Shown: positions 1 through 7,590 of the stretch, in pieces
Numbering within the stretch: the stretch's first letter is position 1
Layout: every line of letters starts with the position of its first letter
Assembly: GCA_044229335.1 (NCBI GenBank)
Contig: JBGATC010000018.1
Location: 530-64,529 of the forward strand
Length of the DNA stretch: 64,000 nt
DNA from: Planctomycetaceae bacterium
GTDB taxonomy: Bacteria > Planctomycetota > Planctomycetia > Planctomycetales > Planctomycetaceae
Direction: 5' to 3'
Translations under genes and position numbers: made by a program
Notes under the pieces: generated by a model
Databases searched by the model: none
Told to the model about the DNA's origin: nothing
The model's input: only the letters and a program-made list of their open reading frames with translations

Positions 1-352
1 CGCCCCCGAGCAGAGTGACGGAGACTGCTGCCGTAGCGAGGTTCAGCACGGTTGTACCCGCCGTCGACGAATCTGCGGGCAAGGAGTTGACCAACACGCG
101 GAGTCCCTGCCGAAAGAGTTCGGCAGCGAGCACGCTAGTGAACACCAGGCCGACGATCATCCATTGCCAGCCGGCCAATCCGAGGACGCAGCCCATCGCG
201 ACCAGCAGACAGTCGAAGAACAGGTAGACGTAGAACGAGCTGTCGGCCCGCAGGCCCGAGGAGAGGCCACGTTCGGTTTCCACTAGCCGCTGCCGCCAGG
301 GAGCACGGCGGGGCGTTGGTCGAGATTCGGTCAGGGGAGAGGTCGACGACAT
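1..352 (-). CDS. Membrane protein, weakly DgkA-like (diacylglycerol/undecaprenol kinase family); partial, runs off the window
   Basis: My own translation of the minus strand from the ATG at 352: MSSTSPLTESRPTPRRAPWRQRLVETERGLSSGLRADSSFYVYLFFDCLLVAMGCVLGLAGWQWMIVGLVFTSVLAAELFRQGL... The frame stays open to position 1. It has hydrophobic helices and an AAEL segment, but the DgkA E-x-x-N-[ST]-A-I-E signature is not intact. It is absent from the ORF track because it has no stop in the window. Confidence 0.35.
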   Translation of the reverse strand, partial: MSSTSPLTESRPTPRRAPWRQRLVETERGLSSGLRADSSFYVYLFFDCLLVAMGCVLGLAGWQWMIVGLVFTSVLAAELFRQGLRVLVNSLPADSSTAGTTVLNLATAAVSVTLLGG

Positions 353-405
353 CGTCACGGTTTCCGGTGGTCGGCCCGACAGGAACCCGTCAGACCGACC
401 TGATC

Positions 406-1110
406 TTATCGAGCGAGGAGTTCTTCGGTGATCCGATGCAGCATCGTCTCGATGCGGGCATCGACTTCGCCGTGGAGTGTTTCGAGTCGACATTCGCCCG
501 GCTGTAGTTGCGGATCGGGCCGCAGTTCGGGATGAGCACAGGCGGCCAGACTGCGAACAACATCGTGCGCGCGGTCACCGAGATGTTCCAGGTCGGCCGG
601 GTTGAGGGCGACCCGCAATTGGGGCTGCCCGGCGGCAAGTTGCAGTGCTTCCGCAATCATCCCTTCTGCCAGGTCCGGTTGCGAGACGAGGTTCGAACGA
701 ATCAGCTTTTCCGCAATCGCCACGCCAAGTTCCACCGCGACCCGTTCCCAGCGGACGATCCAGGCATCCCGCTCTTGCGCCAGCGCGTCGGCGGCCGCAG
801 CCAGGGCCGGTAACGTCGTTTGCAGGTGTTCGCGAACACTGGCGTCGGCGATCGCCTGGGCCTGCTGCTTGATCGTCCGTTCGGCGTCGACAAGCCCTTC
901 ACGTCGACCGGCCGATTTCCCGTCGGCCAGGGCTTGCTGTCGAATCGCGTCGGCTTCCTGCTTCGCTTGCGCGACGATGGCCGCGGCTTCGGCTTGCGCA
1001 GCGGAGATTTGTGCCACCGCTTGCTGGCGCAAGTCCGCGAAGTTGAATGTCGACGCCACGGCGAGATCGCGGGCGACATTCGCTTTCAGTAATCGTGTTT
1101 CCGACGCCAT
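406..1110 (-). CDS. fliH: Flagellar assembly protein FliH
   Basis: 234 aa. The N-terminal half is an Ala/Gln/Glu-rich coiled coil, followed by a FliH-type C-terminal region. It lies directly downstream of fliG in the canonical fliF-fliG-fliH order. Confidence 0.7.
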   Translation of the reverse strand: MASETRLLKANVARDLAVASTFNFADLRQQAVAQISAAQAEAAAIVAQAKQEADAIRQQALADGKSAGRREGLVDAERTIKQQAQAIADASVREHLQTTLPALAAAADALAQERDAWIVRWERVAVELGVAIAEKLIRSNLVSQPDLAEGMIAEALQLAAGQPQLRVALNPADLEHLGDRAHDVVRSLAACAHPELRPDPQLQPGECRLETLHGEVDARIETMLHRITEELLAR

Positions 1111-1177
1111 GGAGGGGCCTGAGGGTTGTTGGTCGTGAGTCGGGGATCGGTTGAGGGAACGAGATCATTGATGAGGT

Positions 1178-1199
1178 CCCAGCCATCGGAATGGCTGGG
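1178..1199 (-). other. Intercistronic stem-loop (9-bp stem, tetraloop) between fliG and fliH
   Basis: cccagccat-cgga-atggctggg. On the transcribed minus strand the loop reads UCCG (UNCG class). A paralogous hairpin lies at 23885-23906. Confidence 0.5.
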
Positions 1200-1266
1200 C
1201 TTCCTCAGAAGTGCGTGATCAATCCCTGGGATTATTGTTTCACTTCATCGTTGACAACACACGACC

Positions 1267-2265
1267 TTACGAAATGAACTGTTCGCCGCCGCCACCGGCA
1301 CCAGCGACGACGATCTCACCGGCGTCTTCCAGTCTGCGGACCGCATCCACGATTTGCTGCTGGACACCTTCCACATCGCTGAGGCGAACCGGTCCCAGGA
1401 ATTCCATTTCTTCTTTGAGCATTTCCGCAGCCCGTTGCGAGAGGTTGCTGAAGATTTTCTGGCGGATTTCGTCAGACGCTCCCTTGAGCGAAATGGCCCA
1501 CTGGCTGTTTTCGACTTCCTTGAGTAAGGCACGAATCGCCTTGTCGTCGAGCTTGAGGATGTCGTCGAAGACGAACATCAAGCGACGGATTTCATCGGCG
1601 AGTTCAGTGTCTTCCTGTTCGAGACTTTCCAGAATCCCCTTGTTCGTCATCCGGTCGGTGACGTTAAGGATCTGGGCCACCATCGGGACACCGCCCCGTT
1701 TTTCCAGCTGTTGATTGAAGGTGCTGGTCATCCGCCCCTGCAGAGTCCGTTCCACGTCGGCGATGACTTCCGGGCTGGTCTGCTCCATGTTGGCGACGCG
1801 GCGGATGACATCGAGTTGCTTGTTCGAAGGGAGTCCACTGAGAACTTCCGCCGCGAGCGAGGCAGGGAGATGAGACATGATGAGGGCGATCGTCTGCGAA
1901 TGTTCTTCCGAGATGAACGTCAACAGGTTTTCCGCTCCAGCTTTCTTCAGAAAGCCGAACGGAACCGAATTCATCGACTGCTTCACGCTGTCGAGAATCG
2001 CCCCGGCGTTGTCTTTCCCGAGCGATTGTTCGAGGAGTTCGTTGGCGAAGTTCAAGCCACCTCGTTCGATCGGGACGAGCTCCTTGAACTGACCGCCGAA
2101 CTCTTCGATCACCGAGTGCTGTTGCTCACGCGTGACATCGTCGACCTTGGCAACCTCCAGCATAATCCGCTCGACCTGATCGCGCGGTAACTGGCTCAGA
2201 ACCTCGGCCGCCAGGGGCTTCTCGAGGCTGAGGAGGAGAATCGCAGCTTTGCGGGTCGCGTCCAT
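1267..2265 (-). CDS. fliG: Flagellar motor switch protein FliG
   Basis: 332 aa. The N-terminus reads RKAAILLLSLEKPLAAEVLSQL, there is an EHSQTIALIMSHL segment (EHPQ-like), and the C-terminal torque-helix region contains MFVFDDI. Confidence 0.95.
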   Translation of the reverse strand: MDATRKAAILLLSLEKPLAAEVLSQLPRDQVERIMLEVAKVDDVTREQQHSVIEEFGGQFKELVPIERGGLNFANELLEQSLGKDNAGAILDSVKQSMNSVPFGFLKKAGAENLLTFISEEHSQTIALIMSHLPASLAAEVLSGLPSNKQLDVIRRVANMEQTSPEVIADVERTLQGRMTSTFNQQLEKRGGVPMVAQILNVTDRMTNKGILESLEQEDTELADEIRRLMFVFDDILKLDDKAIRALLKEVENSQWAISLKGASDEIRQKIFSNLSQRAAEMLKEEMEFLGPVRLSDVEGVQQQIVDAVRRLEDAGEIVVAGAGGGGEQFIS

Positions 2266-2335
2266 CGGCGATCAACGATTCGGAATAGCGAGTTGAACGA
2301 GGGCGTCCAGACTCTGGGTGAGACGATCGATTCGT

Positions 2336-3931
2336 TTATTTGGCAGCTTGCAACCACCGGCTGATAATCGCCGCGGTCGCTTCGGGATTATCGCGAACGA
2401 GTCCCTGCAGTGAGTCGCGTTGCGTCACTTCCCGTGGGGCTTCGTCCTGTTCCTGAGCGGTCTGTCGTGAGCGCTGAAGGGCCGCTGGAGAAAAATCCAT
2501 CGTGGGTTCGGCAGCGGGGACCGGTGCTGCCCTGCGCAACATCACCAGCGCGACGATGGCAAAGATTGCCAGACCGATGGTACTACCCCATTGCTTCACC
2601 AAGTCATTGAGTTGATCCATGAACGAGAGCGTCGGAATCGGATTGTCGTCGGTCACACGATCGATCGTCGTCACGGTGACAGCCGTTGCGGGGGAATCGA
2701 CGGGAATGAGGGACTTCACCGACTTCGCGACATTCGCGAGGACTTCCTTCTCTACGGCAGCGAGATCGAGTTTGGCGGCATCAGTCTCTCCCGCCGCCTT
2801 ATGTTTGGCCACCACACTGCGATAGTAATCACGCGGCACTGCGACACTCACCTGCACGGCTTTGGGCATGGCGGCGATGAGCTGCTTTTCTGCCGTCTCG
2901 AAGGAGACGCCGTTCAGCGTCTGGTTGCTTTCATCCTTGAAAGTCCGGGTCCGTTCGATGCCGTTGCTGCCACCGACTGAGCCAGGTCGATTGGCGACCT
3001 GTCCCGGTTCGCCGCGCGCCGGCTGCTGCTGAGCCGCGTCGTTGATCTTCATGTCCTGCGTGTAGACCGCAGCGGTCTTCTTCGGATCGATCACCTGGTT
3101 CCGGATGACGGACGACTTGAGGTTATCGACATCGACATTCACCGTGACGCCAACATCCGGAATGTAACTGAGGTCACGCTGGATGTTGTCCTGGTACGTC
3201 TGTTGAAACTCTTTGATGCGGCCGAGGAGCTGGCTGTCGAACGGATCGTCGGCCCCTTCCCCCTTGTGGGTCACGCCGTGGAGCACATCGAACACGGTGA
3301 CATCCGACGGGTTCAGGTCGGGGACCATGCTGGCAAGGGCCGCCTGAATCGATCGGGCCAGTCGCGTGGAGAGTTCCCGACTGCCGCGCGTGGTCACGGT
3401 GACGTTCGCAGTGACACGTGTCTTCTGGCTCCAGCTGCGACGGCCGGATGAGGCGATCGCCACGCGGGCATCCTGGATTTCGGGAATCGCCCGCAGAATC
3501 CGCCGGGCCTCCTGCAAGAGGAGCGCGTCTTTGCGTTCCTGGCGTTCCTTCTCGGTGCTGAAAGGGCCCATCGATTCGTATTGCTTGAGCATCTGCCCGC
3601 CAAGGTCCGCGGGCATCGCATCAAACTTCAGCAGGGCCGCATTGTATTTGTCGATGTCGCTGGCGGGGACGAGCAGTCGCTGTCCTTCGCGGCGGAAGTC
3701 TTTCAGACCATCCTGCAACAGGGCCTGTTCCGCGGCGATCAATTCCTCGGTGGTGTAGACCTTGCCCCAGGAGAGTGCTGAGTAACCATTGGTCGAGCGA
3801 TCCTGCATCATCAGCCAGCCGAATCCGGCCAGCACCAGCAGCGGGACCACGGTCAGCGTCATCCGCTGGCTCGAGGGCATGCCGCGATACAGGTCAGCAA
3901 ACTGGCGGGCAAACTGTTGGAGGAAGTCCAT
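2336..3931 (-). CDS. fliF: Flagellar M-ring protein FliF
   Basis: 531 aa with N-terminal and C-terminal TM helices flanking a YscJ/FliF-type periplasmic region. It lies between fliE and fliG. Confidence 0.9.
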   Translation of the reverse strand: MDFLQQFARQFADLYRGMPSSQRMTLTVVPLLVLAGFGWLMMQDRSTNGYSALSWGKVYTTEELIAAEQALLQDGLKDFRREGQRLLVPASDIDKYNAALLKFDAMPADLGGQMLKQYESMGPFSTEKERQERKDALLLQEARRILRAIPEIQDARVAIASSGRRSWSQKTRVTANVTVTTRGSRELSTRLARSIQAALASMVPDLNPSDVTVFDVLHGVTHKGEGADDPFDSQLLGRIKEFQQTYQDNIQRDLSYIPDVGVTVNVDVDNLKSSVIRNQVIDPKKTAAVYTQDMKINDAAQQQPARGEPGQVANRPGSVGGSNGIERTRTFKDESNQTLNGVSFETAEKQLIAAMPKAVQVSVAVPRDYYRSVVAKHKAAGETDAAKLDLAAVEKEVLANVAKSVKSLIPVDSPATAVTVTTIDRVTDDNPIPTLSFMDQLNDLVKQWGSTIGLAIFAIVALVMLRRAAPVPAAEPTMDFSPAALQRSRQTAQEQDEAPREVTQRDSLQGLVRDNPEATAAIISRWLQAAK

Positions 3932-4033
3932 AATCGCGTGGATTCGTTGCTAAGTACGTGAAGTTCTGTCGCTGTCGGGGCCGGTTGTCAGTTGTTGGTT
4001 CTGCAAGCCGCGACCAACGATCCTCTCTGTCCG

Positions 4034-4339
4034 TTAGAAGCGCATCTGCTGAAGTTCGTTGAAGGCGTCGACAAGTTTATTGCGGACCTGCACCATGAGG
4101 CGGAGGGCGAGGTCGGCTTCGCGCATCGCGGTGAAAGTTTCGACCATCGAGATCTCATCTCCAACGAGGCTTCCCTGGATGGCGTCTTGTGCTTGGGCAT
4201 TCAATCCGCGCACTTCCTGCAACGACTGCTGCAGGAGCTGCTGAAAGTCGCTCGCTCCCGTCGTGCCGACCGGCCCCTGTGCCCCGGGAACCGTCCAGGG
4301 GTTGATGGGTGCGACAGTCGGAAAGCTGATCGGTTGCAT
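4034..4339 (-). CDS. fliE: Flagellar hook-basal body complex protein FliE
   Basis: 101 aa. The C-terminus ISMVETFTAMREADLALRLMVQVRNKLVDAFNELQQMRF is typical of FliE. Confidence 0.9.
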   Translation of the reverse strand: MQPISFPTVAPINPWTVPGAQGPVGTTGASDFQQLLQQSLQEVRGLNAQAQDAIQGSLVGDEISMVETFTAMREADLALRLMVQVRNKLVDAFNELQQMRF

Positions 4340-4354
4340 GGCTGGTGCTAGGTG

Positions 4355-4449
4355 CTAGGGGTTAGGGGTTAGGGAATAGTTGGAGATGGAAGCAATGTGA
4401 GGTGAGTCAAGAGTCTTTGCCTGGCGATTCGCTATTCCCTAATCCCTAG
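4355..4449. repeat. Inverted repeat with tandem (C/T)TAGGGG heptamers, in the fliE/flgC spacer
   Basis: Left arm ctaggggttaggggttagggaatag (4355-4379). Right arm ctattccctaatccctag (4432-4449). An 11-bp perfect core, ttagggaatag/ctattccctaa, can be extended through one G-T pair. The loop is 52 nt. Confidence 0.7.
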
Positions 4450-4465
4450 TCGCTGTTTCTACTGC

Positions 4466-4879
4466 TCACCCGAGCAGACGGAACGTGGATTCAATCATGT
4501 CACGGGTCACCTGCATCGTGGAGATGTTCGCTTCGTAGGCGCGCGAGGCTTCCATCGCGTTCACGAATTCGGTGATCGCGTTCACGTTGGGATAACTGAC
4601 ATAACCTTGCGGATCGGCGTGTGGATGGCCCGGTTCGTAGACTTTCCGCGGCGGCGAATTGGTATCGATTTCAACCGTGGCCTGCACACCGACGGCTCCA
4701 ACCGGAGTCGAGGCCCGTTCGTTCGCGGCTTCGAGCACGACCAGCCGCCGCTGAAAGGGTTCCGCCTCTCCATCCTCATTGAGCGTGGTATGCGAGTGCG
4801 CGATGTTGCCCGCAATGGTATCCATCCGCAGCCGCTGAGCAGCCAGCCCGCTGGCACTGATATCGAGTGTGCGGAACAT
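4466..4879 (-). CDS. flgC: Flagellar basal-body rod protein FlgC
   Basis: 137 aa. The N-terminus is MFRTLDISASGLAAQRLRMDTIAGNIAHSHTT and the C-terminus is VNAITEFVNAMEASRAYEANISTMQVTRDM. Confidence 0.95.
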   Translation of the reverse strand: MFRTLDISASGLAAQRLRMDTIAGNIAHSHTTLNEDGEAEPFQRRLVVLEAANERASTPVGAVGVQATVEIDTNSPPRKVYEPGHPHADPQGYVSYPNVNAITEFVNAMEASRAYEANISTMQVTRDMIESTFRLLG

Positions 4880-4890
4880 GGGATTCTCCA

Positions 4891-4983
4891 GGGGAGTCTA
4901 GCGCCAAGGGTCTAGTGTCTAGTGACAGAACTCATCCATGGAAGTTTTTGGTCACTAGTCACTCGACTTTTTGCACTAGACTC
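4891..4983. repeat. CTAG-rich inverted repeat in the flgC/flgB spacer; its right arm contains the flgB stop codon
   Basis: Left arm ggggagtctagcgccaagggtctagtgtctagtgac (4891-4926). Right arm gtcactagtcactcgactttttgcactagactc (4951-4983). There are five CTAG within 93 nt. The left arm is about 90% identical to 42806-42835. Confidence 0.7.
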
Positions 4984-5440
4984 TTTCACTAATCACCGTC
5001 TGTAACTGGTCGTACTGCCCTTGCAACACCTGGACGGCGAATTGCTGCCACAAGGCGTTTTTGGTCATTTCGAGGAACTGGTGTTCCACGCTGCGGTTGT
5101 TCGCATCCTGAAACGTGATCCCTGGTTGCTCCCGCGGGGTCTCCGCATGAAACAGCCGCTCGGGGAAGAACTCTCTCGGAGTGACATGTGGTCCCTGCGG
5201 AAGACCAGGAGATTGCCAGGTCCCCGTCGCATCGAAGGGGATCGAGGGCGAGGATTGTGCCGCCGCTGCTGCCGAGCGCAAGGCTTGACGAAACTCGGCC
5301 ACCGGGAGATCGCGGAAGCGATACCCCGGCGTGTCGACGTTGGCCACATTCCCGGCGAGGACTTCCTGTCGTCGCTCGGCGAACCGCGCAACCTGCTGGA
5401 GCAGTTGGCGATTCGTCGATCCGAGCAACGACTGCAACAT
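4976..5440 (-). CDS. flgB: Flagellar basal-body rod protein FlgB
   Basis: The ORF track gives 4976-5512. The FlgB-like sequence begins at the internal Met (5440): MLQSLLGSTNRQLLQQVARFAERRQEVLAGNVANVDTPGYRFRDL. The start is uncertain between 5440 and 5512. Confidence 0.85.
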   Translation of the reverse strand: MLQSLLGSTNRQLLQQVARFAERRQEVLAGNVANVDTPGYRFRDLPVAEFRQALRSAAAAAQSSPSIPFDATGTWQSPGLPQGPHVTPREFFPERLFHAETPREQPGITFQDANNRSVEHQFLEMTKNALWQQFAVQVLQGQYDQLQTVISERV

Positions 5441-5558
5441 CTTCGCGTCCTGACGACGGCCTTCCGTAGGGTCCGCTGTGCGGACCGAACTTCGAGAACC
5501 AGCTGTCCGCACAACGGACCCGACTCATTCGATCGTCTGACACAACTTACTGGGTCAG

Positions 5559-5591
5559 CGTGCGAACGGTGACGACTGAACCGTTCGCACG
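5559..5591 (-). terminator. Stem-loop 17 nt downstream of the regulator stop (12-bp stem, 9-nt loop)
   Basis: cgtgcgaacggt-gacgactga-accgttcgcacg. There is no clear U-tract, so the terminator function is inferred. Confidence 0.4.
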
Positions 5592-5607
5592 TCCTCGCGG
5601 CAGCCGA

Positions 5608-7152
5608 TCAGGCTGCACGCTGTTCCTGGGCGTCGTCGAAACCGACGGCGGCCGGAACCCACGGCTTGAGGTTCGAGCCGGGGCCACCACGCGGCGGATA
5701 CCCGTACTCACGCAGCTTGCCCGACAGCGTCCGAATTCCAATCTGCAGGGCCTTGGCGGTCTTTTCGCGATTGCCGGCGAAGCGCGCGAATGTCGTCTCG
5801 ATCAGCCGACGTTCCATCTCCTGCAGCGTCAAACCGCAGGGGACGTCGTCGTCCGCAGTCACGTTCAGCCAGGGCTCGATCATCGACCCGGTCAGACGGC
5901 GGCTGTTGTCGACCGTGCACGCCCGTTCGATCACGCTTTCGAGTTCCCGCAGATTGCCAGGCCATGAATACGCCTGCAGTTGATGCAGTGCATCGAGGGT
6001 CAGGCTTCGCGGCGGCAGACCTTCACGGGCTGCTTGCTTTCGCAGTGCACTCTCCGCAACGGCAGCGATGTCTTCCGGACGAGACCGCAGCGCGGGGACT
6101 TCAATCCGACAGCCGCTGGCGTCCTGGATCAGTTCCGGACGGAAGAGACCACGTTGCGTCAGTTCCTGCAGATCGACGTTCGTGCCGAACACGACCCGCA
6201 CATCGAACCGCACGCGATCGCCATTGCCATCGTGCTCGAACCGTTGATCGCGAAGGATCGTGGCGAGCTTCCGCTGCAACGGGAGGGCAATCGTCTCGAC
6301 CTGATCGAGGAGGATCGTCCCCCCATCGGCCTGTTCCAGACGTCCTGGTTGACGCGGCGTATCATTGCCGGTGACGACACCGAACAGCTCCTGTTCGAGC
6401 GTTTCTGCTGAATGAACGCTGCAGTCGATCATCACCGACGGGCGATGAGCACGACGGCTGGCGTCGTGAATTCCCTGGGCGACGAGTTCCAGCCCGCTCC
6501 CCGATTCTCCCACGAGGAGTACCGGAGTGTTCTGGTCAGCGGCTTGCTGAACCTGTTGCCGCAACTGCTGCATGGCGGGGCTGAGGCCGGCCATCTCACG
6601 CAGGTTGCGGTTACACAACTGCCGCTTCAGCCGCTTGATCTCGTTCTGCGAGCGGGCACGCTGAGCGGCACTGCTGAGCAGGAGTTCGAGATAGCTGGCG
6701 GTGTACGGCGTGGCGAGACGTTCCACACCGGCCTGGGCCGGGAGATCGCCCGCGGTGACACAGATCAATTGTGTCGTGAGGCCGCGTTGTTGAATTGTCG
6801 CCGCCAGTTGGCTGACGGTTTCCCCTGCCGCGAGGGTGCCGATCAGGCAGACCTCAGGTGCGTTGACTTGCAACGCCTGCAGGGCCGCGTCGAGTTGCGA
6901 CGCGGCGATTGTTTCGTGTCCGACGGCCTGCACATCAGCACAAAGCGACTGCGACTGCGTCGCGTCGTTGCTGAGGATGAGGACCGGCGGTGCTGCGACC
7001 GATTCCACGGGGGCCACTGCCGCCGCGGGTCGTCCCGGAAAGGGAATGATGTCGGGATGCGCCTGTGTCATGCGGTGCACCAGTCTCGAGTTCATGAGGG
7101 AGATGGGAGGGGAGTTCTTACAATTCGACGTCAAGCACCGATCGCGCCACAC
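5608..7152 (-). CDS. NtrC/FleQ-family (REC-like, AAA+, Fis-HTH) transcriptional regulator with degenerate catalytic motifs
   Basis: The AAA+ core reads LLVGESGSGLELVAQGIH ... ELFGVVTGNDTPRQPGRLEQADGGTILLDQVE ... WPGNLRELESVIERA. The C-terminal HTH reads REKTAKALQIGIRTLSGKLREYG. The start is uncertain (GTG 7152, ATG 7095 or ATG 7071). Confidence 0.85.
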   Translation of the reverse strand: MWRDRCLTSNCKNSPPISLMNSRLVHRMTQAHPDIIPFPGRPAAAVAPVESVAAPPVLILSNDATQSQSLCADVQAVGHETIAASQLDAALQALQVNAPEVCLIGTLAAGETVSQLAATIQQRGLTTQLICVTAGDLPAQAGVERLATPYTASYLELLLSSAAQRARSQNEIKRLKRQLCNRNLREMAGLSPAMQQLRQQVQQAADQNTPVLLVGESGSGLELVAQGIHDASRRAHRPSVMIDCSVHSAETLEQELFGVVTGNDTPRQPGRLEQADGGTILLDQVETIALPLQRKLATILRDQRFEHDGNGDRVRFDVRVVFGTNVDLQELTQRGLFRPELIQDASGCRIEVPALRSRPEDIAAVAESALRKQAAREGLPPRSLTLDALHQLQAYSWPGNLRELESVIERACTVDNSRRLTGSMIEPWLNVTADDDVPCGLTLQEMERRLIETTFARFAGNREKTAKALQIGIRTLSGKLREYGYPPRGGPGSNLKPWVPAAVGFDDAQEQRAA

Positions 7153-7570
7153 GATCGAGACCCGGACGGTAGGCGGAAGCAGTTTGCTGTCCTTCCCGCA
7201 GGACAGCGAGCGCGTCCGCTGTCGTCGCTTGCTGCGACGACAAACGGGCCGTGCCGGCCGCTTCTTCCTGCAACACTTGCTTCAGTAACCGGTCGGTTTC
7301 GTCCAGAACGGTCTCGCAGCGTTCCCGCAACGCTGAGTCGAGAGTCGTTCGGGCCGAACGCCAGCTCCGCCACAGAGCTTCCGGCGGCCCAACCAGTTCA
7401 TCCACAAGGTGTTGTTTCTGTTGGAGCAGTTCGACCAATTCGGCGTAGTTCTCCGCCGCAATCAGTTGTGCCTGCCACTGCGACAGTTCCAGCAGCGCCC
7501 GACAGCACTCCCGCCGCCAGCAGAAGGCAGCGTAGTAGTCGTTCGCAGGGAGTCGGTCGGCGGTGGACAC
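7118..7570 (-). CDS. FlgN-like flagellar chaperone candidate
   Basis: 150 aa, helical. The segment LLELSQWQAQLIAAENYAELVELLQQKQHLVDEL resembles the FlgN N-terminal pattern, and the ORF sits next to the flagellar regulator. The call rests on pattern and context only. Confidence 0.4.
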   Translation of the reverse strand: MSTADRLPANDYYAAFCWRRECCRALLELSQWQAQLIAAENYAELVELLQQKQHLVDELVGPPEALWRSWRSARTTLDSALRERCETVLDETDRLLKQVLQEEAAGTARLSSQQATTADALAVLREGQQTASAYRPGLDRVARSVLDVEL

Positions 7571-7590
7571 TCACGTGCTCCGTGTTTCGT

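Noticed and set aside
4355-4379. TTAGGGG repeats resembling telomeric repeats.
   Set aside because: There are only about three units, they are internal to an operon, and they pair with a complementary arm. This is not a chromosome end.
5441-5607. Sigma-54 (TGGCAC-N5-TTGC) or sigma-28 (TAAA-N15-GCCGATAA) promoter upstream of flgB.
   Set aside because: I found only weak partial matches (for example taagttgt ... cgaatgag with the wrong spacing). There is no GG/GC pair at -24/-12 spacing. The evidence is too weak to annotate.
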